Assembly (NCBI GenBank): GCA_964529415.1
Contig: CAZGWD010000002.1
Span: 222,089 to 286,088 of the forward strand
From: an uncultured Leptospirales bacterium
Lineage (GTDB): Bacteria > Spirochaetota > UBA4802 > UBA5550
DNA: 64,000 nt
Direction: 5' to 3'
Below, piece by piece: positions 21,601-30,025 of this stretch. Position 1 is the first letter of the stretch; each line of letters opens with the position of its first letter. The notes under the pieces are model-generated. The model saw nothing but the letters and a program-made list of their open reading frames with translations. It did not search any database and had not been told where the DNA came from. Both the position numbers and the translations under genes were made by a program.

Positions 21601-22332
21601 ATGCCCATTTTAAAAACAGATTCCATAATACTTTCAATTTCACAGTCAGGTGAAGGAGACATAACAGCAAAAGCCCTTACATCGGAATCAGGAAAAAGAA
21701 TTTTCGTTTTCAAGGGGTTAAAAAAAAGCAGAAAACGCCCGCAGATAGAACCAGGCTTGAGAGTTGAAATAATTTATTATTACGATCCCAAAAAAAATTA
21801 TCACATTGTTAAAGAATTCTCCATAATCTCAAAAATAGATACAATAAGAAAAGACCTCGATTCCATTTATCATATGATGTATATACTTGAAAGCGCCGAC
21901 AAGACAACAGCCTTTGATGAAAAAATACAGGGATTATTCACTCTTGTTTCATCCGGAATTGAGACGCTCGGTACAGACAAAAAACCGGAATTAATCACGG
22001 CCTTTTACACAGTAAGGCTGTTAAAGATTTTAGGGATACTTCACGACTTCAGAATCTGCACCATTTGCGGAAAAGAACTTGAATCTTTTTCATTAAGCAG
22101 GAAATCAAACGGCCCTATATGCAGGCAGTGTTCTGATCCCGGAGAAAAAGCATACGGGGAAACAGAAAAAAAATTTATACTGCTGTCTGTATCCAAAAAA
22201 TTCAGGGATATCAAAATCCCGCTGGAGCTCGCTGAATCGATAAAAGTGCTTCACGGCGATCTTGTATTGTATCTGGAATCATATTGCGGCATGAGCATAA
22301 AATGCGGAAAATTAATCTGCAGGGATCTTTAA
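21601..22332 (+). CDS. recO: DNA repair protein RecO
   Basis: N-terminal OB-fold (LKTDSIILSISQSGEGD) and a C4 zinc finger CTICG...CRQC; 243 aa. Confidence 0.7.
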   Translation: MPILKTDSIILSISQSGEGDITAKALTSESGKRIFVFKGLKKSRKRPQIEPGLRVEIIYYYDPKKNYHIVKEFSIISKIDTIRKDLDSIYHMMYILESADKTTAFDEKIQGLFTLVSSGIETLGTDKKPELITAFYTVRLLKILGILHDFRICTICGKELESFSLSRKSNGPICRQCSDPGEKAYGETEKKFILLSVSKKFRDIKIPLELAESIKVLHGDLVLYLESYCGMSIKCGKLICRDL

Positions 22333-23138
22333 ACTTCTTCAATCTTTATTACTATAGCAGTTGAATTATCAGAACCTCCCCTTTTTATAGAAGCTGAAAT
22401 AATTTCACCGGCTATTTTTTCAGTATCATCATTAAAAGAAAAAAAATGGCCCAGCTCTTCAGCAGTTATCCCGCCTGTTACTCCATCAGTACAGATTATA
22501 ATTATATCACCTGCCTTAATATCGGCTTTAACTAAATCAGACTCAAGCACCTCATTTATACCTGCAGCCCTTGTTATAACAGCTCTATGCGGATGAGTGA
22601 AAGATTCCCTCTCTGTAATTTTGCCTGAGTCTATTAAAACCTGCACATATGAATGATCTTTTGTGATCTGGCCGATATTCCCGTTCCTGTAAATATAGGC
22701 TCTGCTGTCCCCTGCCCAGCCTGCATATAATTTCCTGCCGCATAAAACTGCAGCTACAATCGTAGTTCCCATTCCTGTTTTTTTTATATCGGATCTGCTT
22801 TCTTCGAGAATCTTAAAGTTTGCTGAATTCATTGAATCTTCAATTGCCCTGAAAATTTCATCTTCACCCGTTTCGCAGACCAGCCTATTTTCAAGAAATT
22901 CAATAATCTCATTAACTGCAATTCTGCTCGCAACTTCACCGGCAAGATGGCCCCCCATGCCGTCTGCTATTACAAATAAACCTTTTTCAGGTTGTACACC
23001 GAAGAAATCCTGGTTAACACTTCTAACCGGTCCGATATCTGTTTTTACTGAATATTTGAATTTCATATTTGAATTATTCCCCGTGATTACAACATAATGA
23101 ATATTTATATAATTTTCAAGTTGATGATTAAAAATCAA
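22329..23138 (-). CDS. PP2C-family Ser/Thr protein phosphatase
   Basis: RSVNQDFFGV...ADGMGGHLAGEVAS...GGSDN motifs; 269 aa. Confidence 0.85.
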   Translation of the reverse strand: MIFNHQLENYINIHYVVITGNNSNMKFKYSVKTDIGPVRSVNQDFFGVQPEKGLFVIADGMGGHLAGEVASRIAVNEIIEFLENRLVCETGEDEIFRAIEDSMNSANFKILEESRSDIKKTGMGTTIVAAVLCGRKLYAGWAGDSRAYIYRNGNIGQITKDHSYVQVLIDSGKITERESFTHPHRAVITRAAGINEVLESDLVKADIKAGDIIIICTDGVTGGITAEELGHFFSFNDDTEKIAGEIISASIKRGGSDNSTAIVIKIEEV

Positions 23139-23240
23139 TATAAAAAAATAGTTGATTAAATGAGCATGGATAATTCTTATTTAATAAAAGTTCCCCAACC
23201 CCAAGGCATATTTTATCTGTATCTTTATATAATAAAAGAT

Positions 23241-23372
23241 TCAGGGGATAGGGAGATAAAAAAGGAGAGATGGCAGGATATTTATTTTTTTTAAATTATA
23301 TCATTTATTATCATTGAATTTATTAGAATAACTTAAAAAATTATCTCCTTATCTCTTCCATCTCCATATCTC
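23241..23372. repeat. MITE-like purine-rich element with imperfect terminal inverted repeats
   Basis: GGGGATAGGGAGATAAAAAAGGAGAGATGG ... AT-rich core ... ATCTCCTTATCTCTTCCATCTCCATATCTC. A related copy lies in inverted orientation at 12337-12441. Confidence 0.5.
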
Positions 23373-23499
23373 ACGTTCTCACGAGGAGGTTGGTGTCAAT
23401 GCAGGCACAGGAAGTGCCGATTGCGTTGACCTTATCTTACACATAAATTGCAGGTAGAAGAAAAATCAGGGGAGAGAAATAAAGCAAAAAAGAGGAAAT

Positions 23500-24795
23500 A
23501 TGATAGAACGATATTCCAGAAAAGAGATTTCAAAAATTTGGGATCTTGAAAATAAATTTAAAATATGGCTCGATATTGAAATAGCAGCGTGCGAAGCCCA
23601 GGCTGAAAAAGGGATCATCCCGAAAGAAAGCCTTAAAACCATTAAGGAGAAAGCCTCCTTTGATCTGAAACGCATTGAAACTATTGAAAACGAAGTGCAT
23701 CACGATGTAATTGCTTTTCTGACATCTGTTGCAGAGTTTGTAGGGCCGGACAGCAGATATATTCATTACGGTTTAACATCAAGCGATATAGGTGATACAG
23801 CTCTCAGCGTGCAGATGGTACAGGCAGGAAATATCATTCTTAAAGATATTGAGAGGCTGATTGATGTTCTGAAGAAAAAGGCAATTGAATACAGAAACAC
23901 ACCATGCATGGGAAGATCGCACGGTGTTCACGCCGAACCTACAACGTTCGGCATCAAGATGCTTCTGTATTTCGAGGAATTCAAAAGAAACAGGGAGCGT
24001 GTTGCAAGAGCCATAGAGAATATTTCTTTCGGCAAGTTTTCCGGAGCTGTTGGAACATTCAGCAACATATCGCCGGATATTGAAAAAACCGTTTGCGACA
24101 AACTGGGACTGAAGCCGGATCCGATATCAACCCAGGTAATACAGAGAGACAGGCACGCTGAGTACATGTCAGCTCTCGCAATTACTGCAGGAAGCCTTGA
24201 TCAGCTTGCAACAGAAATACGCCATCTCCAGAGAACAGAAGTGCGCGAAGCTGAAGAGCCGTTCCAGAAGGGACAGAAGGGTTCTTCTGCAATGCCTCAT
24301 AAAAGGAATCCGATTCTCTGCGAACGTGTAACCGGAATGTCGCGCGTGATAAAATCGAACATGATCACAGCTCTTGAGAACATAACGCTCTGGCATGAGA
24401 GAGATATATCTCACTCGTCTTCAGAAAGAATTATCCTACCAGATTCGACAATAGCGCTCGATTACATACTCGATAAAATGGTTTTCATAATTGACAAGCT
24501 TCATGTTTATCCTGATAGAATGATGAAAAACATTAATTTAACCGGCGGCCTGTATTTCTCACAGACACTCCTATTGAAGCTTGTTGAAAAAGGAATGTCG
24601 CGCGAGGACTCATACAAAATTGTTCAGGATACTGCAATGAATGTCTGGGCTGGTGACGGCACTCTCGAGGAGCTTTGCAGAAAAAATAAAGCTGTAACTG
24701 ATATACTTTCAGATGCTGATTTTAAGTTTATATTCGATCTTAACAGGTATCTGGAGCATATCGGGGAGCTTTTCAGGAAGACCGGAGTGGAATAG
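23500..24795 (+). CDS. purB: Adenylosuccinate lyase
   Basis: MIERYSRKEISKIW N-terminus and the fumarate-lyase signature SSAMPHKRNP; 431 aa. Confidence 0.9.
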   Translation: MIERYSRKEISKIWDLENKFKIWLDIEIAACEAQAEKGIIPKESLKTIKEKASFDLKRIETIENEVHHDVIAFLTSVAEFVGPDSRYIHYGLTSSDIGDTALSVQMVQAGNIILKDIERLIDVLKKKAIEYRNTPCMGRSHGVHAEPTTFGIKMLLYFEEFKRNRERVARAIENISFGKFSGAVGTFSNISPDIEKTVCDKLGLKPDPISTQVIQRDRHAEYMSALAITAGSLDQLATEIRHLQRTEVREAEEPFQKGQKGSSAMPHKRNPILCERVTGMSRVIKSNMITALENITLWHERDISHSSSERIILPDSTIALDYILDKMVFIIDKLHVYPDRMMKNINLTGGLYFSQTLLLKLVEKGMSREDSYKIVQDTAMNVWAGDGTLEELCRKNKAVTDILSDADFKFIFDLNRYLEHIGELFRKTGVE

Positions 24796-24830
24796 TATTT
24801 TTTTTGCAATGGATCTTTCTTTTTTTTACA

Positions 24831-24935
24831 GGAAAGTCCGTAATAAAATCAGAATGCTTTTCACACAACCATGTAACCAATAAGGTATAATTCAGTTTCC
24901 CGGAAGTTAAAAGCAGCTATAATTTTTGACTTTCC
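24831..24935 (+). repeat. Copy A of a ~105-nt intergenic element (GGAAAGTCCG ... AAAGCAGCTATAATTTTTGACTTTCC)
   Basis: The termini GGAAAGTC and GACTTTCC are inverted repeats. The internal box is shared with copies at 26999-27088 and 53189-53294. Confidence 0.6.
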
Positions 24936-25148
24936 TTTTGAGAACAGACAATATTATTTTTTTCTTTTATCACAGTCTTTGATGGAAAGATAAAAATAAA
25001 TGCTTCACTGCTGCAAACATGACACTCCTATTTATTATTAATTTATTCAAATTCAGAAATAGATATTTTATTATTTTTATAAAAAAATACTCGAATAATA
25101 AAATCCGGTATGATAAAGTTCCTGAATCTTTAATAGAGAAAAGATGAG

Positions 25149-26978
25149 GTGAAAATGAAAATTATACTATTTCTTCTGATGATAATAGCTGCCGCATCGA
25201 AACCGCTGCTGTCCCAGCCTGTAATCATTTCCGATTCTGCTGAAAATTACAGTTTATGGGACCACGTATATATATTTGTAGATAAACAAGGGGATTTTCC
25301 CCTGGAAAAACTGATTAATGCTGATTGGGTTAAAAATGACAGAAAAATGATCCAGTTCGGAATATCAGGCAATACATACTGGTTTAAATTTACAGTAAAT
25401 AACAGGCTTTCAAAAAATCTGAAATTCTATCTCGACACTAATGATACACAGACGGAAATTCTTGAACTGTATCAGTATGATAAAAACGGCATGAAACTGC
25501 TCCAGAAAGCAGGAAGATATCACCCTGAATCATTCAGAAACTGGAACAGGCCCGAAATTATAATTACTCCGCCATCCGGTGAAACTGTTTACTTCCTCAA
25601 AGCGCAAAGCAGTTCTTATATTACATTTGACCTTATTTTGAGAACGCCGATTGACTTTTATAAAAGCATTGCGCGGTCTGCCATTTTTTACGGCGCGTAT
25701 TTTTCAATTTTAATAGTAATGATTTTATACAACCTGCTGCTTTTTTTCGGACTCAGAAGCAGAACTTATGCACTTTATGTTCTGTATCTGTTAGCTATTT
25801 TCGGACAGATGTTTTTCGGGGAAGGTTTCGGGGTGCTTTTTCTGAATGAGGGATACAGGTCAGTATATTCGGTAATGGTATTAAATACAGCTCTGCTGTT
25901 CATGTCTTCTTTTTTTGATAACAGGAAAAAAAATCCCGTTCTTTATAAAATCACATATATTCTGATTGCGGTTACAACACTTTACGGAGCGGTATCATTT
26001 TTTATACAGCCACATAGAATTGACTTTTTCATCACCGGCAGCATAGTTTCGCCTGCTGCTTTTATATTCGTTATAGTAAACTGCATAATTGCGCTGCGGC
26101 AGGGCAATCCGTCAGCAAAATATTTCATTATCGGCTGGTTCGGTCTTATGTTTTTCAGCAGCCTGTATCTGGGTGTTACATCGGAAATACTGCCTGCAAA
26201 TTTTCTGACACTTAACGGCCTGGCAATTGGTACTGTTTTCGAAACTGTAATACTGTCCCTTGCGCTTGCACAGCAGGTGAATACTTCCAGAAAGGAAAAA
26301 GAGGAAGCAGACAGGAAAAGCATTGATCATAAAAACAGGATTATTGCATCAATATCACGTTTTGTTCCAATGCAGTTTGTAAGCTTCCTTGGCAAAGAAA
26401 GCATCATTGACATCAAGCTCGGAGACCAGGTTCACAAGGAAATGACTATTCTTTTCTCGGACATCAGGTCTTTTACAAGTCTTTCTGAACATCAGACTCC
26501 GCAGGAGACTATAGATTTTTTAAATTCATATTTCATGAGCATTGGGCCACTCATAAGAAAAAACAACGGCTTTATCGATAAATACATTGGTGATGCGATC
26601 ATGGCTTTATTTCCCAATAAAGTAGACGATGCAATAATGGCTGCAGTCAACATGATTGAGCAGCTGCATGAGTACAACAAGATCAGAGAATTAACCGGCC
26701 AGGAGCAGATTAATATCGGCATAGGTATTCATACAGGTAATCTCATGCTTGGAACAATCGGCGAGTCAAGCAGGATTGAGGCAACAGTAATTTCTGATGC
26801 AGTAAATACTGCATCGAGGCTTGAACATCTGAATAAAAAATTAAACACCAAGATACTCATTTCAAAGGAAAGCCTGGAAAAATCCGATCGCCGTTCAGAA
26901 TTTAATACAAGAAAGATCGGTCGGGTTGCAATAAGGGGAAAGGAAGATCATTTGGTTGTTTATGAAATATTAACTTGA
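25149..26978 (+). CDS. 7TMR-DISM receptor fused to a class III adenylate/guanylate cyclase
   Basis: Signal peptide, 7TMR-DISMED2-like ectodomain (GNTYWFKFTVNN), 7 TM segments, and a cyclase domain FSDIRSFTSLSE...GDAIMALF. Confidence 0.8.
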   Translation: MKMKIILFLLMIIAAASKPLLSQPVIISDSAENYSLWDHVYIFVDKQGDFPLEKLINADWVKNDRKMIQFGISGNTYWFKFTVNNRLSKNLKFYLDTNDTQTEILELYQYDKNGMKLLQKAGRYHPESFRNWNRPEIIITPPSGETVYFLKAQSSSYITFDLILRTPIDFYKSIARSAIFYGAYFSILIVMILYNLLLFFGLRSRTYALYVLYLLAIFGQMFFGEGFGVLFLNEGYRSVYSVMVLNTALLFMSSFFDNRKKNPVLYKITYILIAVTTLYGAVSFFIQPHRIDFFITGSIVSPAAFIFVIVNCIIALRQGNPSAKYFIIGWFGLMFFSSLYLGVTSEILPANFLTLNGLAIGTVFETVILSLALAQQVNTSRKEKEEADRKSIDHKNRIIASISRFVPMQFVSFLGKESIIDIKLGDQVHKEMTILFSDIRSFTSLSEHQTPQETIDFLNSYFMSIGPLIRKNNGFIDKYIGDAIMALFPNKVDDAIMAAVNMIEQLHEYNKIRELTGQEQINIGIGIHTGNLMLGTIGESSRIEATVISDAVNTASRLEHLNKKLNTKILISKESLEKSDRRSEFNTRKIGRVAIRGKEDHLVVYEILT

Positions 26979-26998
26979 GGTAATCTTTTTACTCATTT

Positions 26999-27088
26999 TA
27001 GAAAAGTCCGATAAAAAACAGAAAGCTTTGCCAAGCCGCATAGCGATTTAAGTTATAAGCTGAAAGCAGCTATAATTCTTAACATCCC
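26999..27088 (+). repeat. Copy B (degenerate) of the ~105-nt intergenic element
   Basis: AGAAAAGTCCGATAAAAAACAG ... GAAAGCAGCTATAATTCTTAACATCC. The right terminus is partly deleted. Confidence 0.5.
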
Positions 27089-27216
27089 CTCTTCTATCAG
27101 CTGGATAAAAATTATATTTTATACTTATTAAAATAATTTGAAAAAAGCACTACAGTAACACCTCTCATTTTTTTAAAATTTCTAAAAAAAAATCCAATTT
27201 TAATTGACAAATTTTC

Positions 27217-27252
27217 TATATACTACCAAATAGATCTTATTGGTAGTATATA
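27217..27252. promoter_or_regulatory. Perfect 13-bp inverted repeat with a 10-bp spacer, a candidate operator upstream of the sulfur-carrier operon
   Basis: TATATACTACCAA-atagatctta-TTGGTAGTATATA lies ~100 nt upstream of the 27354 start, adjacent to a TTGACA hexamer at 27205. Confidence 0.5.
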
Positions 27253-27353
27253 TTTTACTTTAATTCAATATGAATTATACGCTCTATTCTATAATTATAT
27301 GAATATGATAATTTTTTCTATGTTAATATGATCAAAAACAAACTGGAGGAATC

Positions 27354-27566
27354 ATGAAAATAACACTAAACGGGGAATCAAAAAGTATAGATAAGCCATA
27401 CAAATCTCTTCTGCACTTGTTAAAAGAAAGCGATGTGCAGAACCCTGATCTGGTTTCCGTTCAGCTAAACGGCCAATTTGTTGAAAAGTCATTATTTGAA
27501 TCAACAAATATCAAAGAAAATGATGAAATTGACTTTTTATACTTTATGGGCGGGGGTGCTTCATGA
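27354..27566 (+). CDS. ThiS/MoaD-fold sulfur-carrier protein (HcyS/CysO-like) with a C-terminal extension beyond Gly-Gly
   Basis: 70-aa beta-grasp-sized protein ending ...FMGGGAS. It is translationally coupled to the sulfhydrylase and sits in an operon with an E1 and a JAMM protease. Confidence 0.7.
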   Translation: MKITLNGESKSIDKPYKSLLHLLKESDVQNPDLVSVQLNGQFVEKSLFESTNIKENDEIDFLYFMGGGAS

Positions 27567-28795
27567 ACGGATTTACCACCAGGGCTGTTCACGGGTTTTC
27601 TCTGAAAAAAGATCCTCATGGCTCGCTTAGGATGCCGGTGTATGACAATGCTGCTTTTGAAATCGGCAGCTCAAGAGACCTTGAACTTGCCTTTGCCGGT
27701 AAAAAAGCAGCTCACGCCTATTCCCGGATAACCAACCCGACAGTAGAAGACTTTGAACAGAGGGTCCGGATTCTCACAGGCGCATTTGGTGTAATTGCTG
27801 TTTCCTCAGGCATGGCAGCAATAACAAATACTATAATGACACTTGCCCAAAAAGGCTCAAATATTGTTACTTCGCGATTCCTTTTCGGTCATTCCATTTC
27901 GCTTTTTGAAACTACTCTTAAACGCTGGGGCCTTGAAACCCGTTATGTTGATATGCTTGATCTTTCTGCAGTTAAAAATGCAATAGATGATAAAACAAGC
28001 CTCATATTTCTTGAAGTTATAACCAATCCGCAGCTGGAAATAGCAGATTTAAAAGCCATATCATCTGCTGCATCTGATAGAAATATACCTGTGGTACTTG
28101 ACGGCACTCTCACAACTCCTTACATGATCCGTTCCAAAGACTTTGGCATTGCAGTTGAAATAATTTCCAGCACAAAGTACATGTCCGGAGGCGCAACTTC
28201 AGTTGGCGGCCTGATAATAGACAATGGAATTTTCAACTGGAGTAAATCTCCGCTTCTTGCAGATGATGCTGTACGAGTCGGTCCTGGTTCTCTCATCATG
28301 AGGCTGCGGCGCGAGGTTTACCGCAATTTCGGCGCCTGCCTCTCTCCGCATAATGCATGGCTGCAGGCACTGGGTCTCGAAACAATGGCTCTCCGGATAG
28401 AACGAAGCTGCAAAAACGCCCTTGCCCTTGCAGTATTTCTAAAGGGCCATACTAAGATAAAAAGCGTCAATTATCCCGGTCTGCCGGATTCCCCATTTCA
28501 TGAAATTGCTCAGCGCCAATTCAACAATCTCTTCGGAGGAATTTTGACATTTGAACTCGAGGGCAAGAATGAAAGTTTTCAATTGATGGATTCGCTCCAG
28601 CTGATAAAACGCGCTACAAATTTAAACGATAACAAATCACTGATAATCCATCCGGCTTCAACCATTTTTGCTGATAATACGATTGAGGAAAAAGCAGGAA
28701 TGAAGGTGAGTGAAGGACTAATCCGGCTATCTGCAGGAATTGAAGACATTGATGATATAATAAACGACCTTAAACAGGGACTGGAAAAATTATGA
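27563..28795 (+). CDS. metY: O-acetylhomoserine/O-acetylserine sulfhydrylase (MetY-type, Cys/Met-metabolism PLP enzyme)
   Basis: TRAVHGF...RITNPTVEDFEQRV...SSGMAAI and the PLP-lysine region SSTKYMSGG; 410 aa. Confidence 0.8.
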   Translation: MNGFTTRAVHGFSLKKDPHGSLRMPVYDNAAFEIGSSRDLELAFAGKKAAHAYSRITNPTVEDFEQRVRILTGAFGVIAVSSGMAAITNTIMTLAQKGSNIVTSRFLFGHSISLFETTLKRWGLETRYVDMLDLSAVKNAIDDKTSLIFLEVITNPQLEIADLKAISSAASDRNIPVVLDGTLTTPYMIRSKDFGIAVEIISSTKYMSGGATSVGGLIIDNGIFNWSKSPLLADDAVRVGPGSLIMRLRREVYRNFGACLSPHNAWLQALGLETMALRIERSCKNALALAVFLKGHTKIKSVNYPGLPDSPFHEIAQRQFNNLFGGILTFELEGKNESFQLMDSLQLIKRATNLNDNKSLIIHPASTIFADNTIEEKAGMKVSEGLIRLSAGIEDIDDIINDLKQGLEKL

Positions 28796-29607
28796 GAGAA
28801 TTTACAGAAGATCAGCTTGAAAGATACAGCCGCCACATTTTATTGAAAGATGTTGGAGTTGAAGGACAGGAACGCATCATGAATTCCAAGGTGCTTATTA
28901 TAGGAGCCGGCGGACTCGGAGCTCCTGCAGCCCTTTATCTTGCAGCAGCCGGCGTCGGCACTATTGGAATAGCTGACGGGGATGATGTTGATCTTTCCAA
29001 TCTTCAGCGCCAGATAATTCATTTTACTGAAGATGTCGGCACGTCAAAGGCAAATTCCGCTGAAAATAAAATACGCGCATTAAATCCGGATGTAACAGTA
29101 AAAACCTACCATGAATTTGTGATGGCCCGCAATATCCGCGGCCTGATTCATGGGTATGATTTTATTATAGACGGTACTGACAATTTCGCAACAAAATTCC
29201 TTATCAATGACGCCTGTGTAATGGAAAATATTCCATACTCTCATGGCGGTATATTGAAATTCACCGGCCAGACCATGACAGTTATACCTCACGCTTCTGC
29301 CTGCTATAGATGCGTTTTCCAGGCTCCGCCTCCCAAAAATGCAGTACCTACCTGTTCACAGGCCGGAGTTCTTGGAGCAATAGCAGGAATGCTTGGAACC
29401 ATACAGGCTGCTGAAGCGCTGAAATACGTGGCAAAAATAGGCAAACCTCTTACAGATTCGCTTTTAACATTTGATGCACTGGGCATGGATTTCAGAAAAG
29501 TTCCGTTACGCAAAAGGGATAATTGTCAAATTTGCGGATCTTCTCCGACAATTTTCCAACTTGCAGACGAAGAACAGGCTGCCTGCGATCTTAAAACCAA
29601 AGCATAA
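28792..29607 (+). CDS. ThiF/MoeB/HcyF-type E1-like adenylyltransferase (no rhodanese domain)
   Basis: LIIGAGGLGAPAALYLAAAGVG nucleotide-binding motif and CxxC zinc motifs (CYRC, CQIC); 271 aa. Confidence 0.85.
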   Translation: MREFTEDQLERYSRHILLKDVGVEGQERIMNSKVLIIGAGGLGAPAALYLAAAGVGTIGIADGDDVDLSNLQRQIIHFTEDVGTSKANSAENKIRALNPDVTVKTYHEFVMARNIRGLIHGYDFIIDGTDNFATKFLINDACVMENIPYSHGGILKFTGQTMTVIPHASACYRCVFQAPPPKNAVPTCSQAGVLGAIAGMLGTIQAAEALKYVAKIGKPLTDSLLTFDALGMDFRKVPLRKRDNCQICGSSPTIFQLADEEQAACDLKTKA

Positions 29608-29617
29608 GGAGAATGAC

Positions 29618-30025
29618 ATGCTGCGAATAGCTAAAACAGTAATAGACGGAATGATATCGCACTCAAAAAAAGATGCACCAATAGAGGCTTGCGGTTATTG
29701 CGCTGAGTCAAGCGGCATAATTGATGCCTGGTTTCCCCTGACCAATACAGACGGCTCTCACGAGCATTTTTCGCTTGATCCGGCAGAGCAGTTTGTCTGC
29801 ATAAAAAAAATCAGGTCTCAGGGCAGGAGGCTTGCTGCTGTTTATCACAGCCATCCTGAAACTCCATCCCGGCCTTCTGCAGAAGATATAGCCCTTGCAG
29901 CAGATCCTGACATTAGCTATGTGATCGTTTCACTTGCAAACAATGAATCAACTGTTAAGTCATTCAAGATACGGAACAGCATTGCTGTTGAGGAATCGAT
30001 TGAGATAACAGGAGATATCAGATGA
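29618..30025 (+). CDS. JAMM/MPN+ metalloprotease (Mec+/HcyD-like)
   Basis: E..(ACG)...HSHPETPSRPSAEDI JAMM motif. The start was set to the ATG at 29618, which follows an AGGAG and the ThiF stop. The track ORF's upstream part overlaps thiF. Confidence 0.8.
   Translation: MLRIAKTVIDGMISHSKKDAPIEACGYCAESSGIIDAWFPLTNTDGSHEHFSLDPAEQFVCIKKIRSQGRRLAAVYHSHPETPSRPSAEDIALAADPDISYVIVSLANNESTVKSFKIRNSIAVEESIEITGDIR

Noticed and set aside
24831-24840. The GGAAAGTCCG terminus of the repeat family resembles the conserved P4 region of RNase P RNA (GGAAAGUCCGGGC)
   Set aside because: The motif is not followed by GGGCUC. The three copies are each only ~105 nt. There are three of them, and none shows the other RNase P conserved regions.
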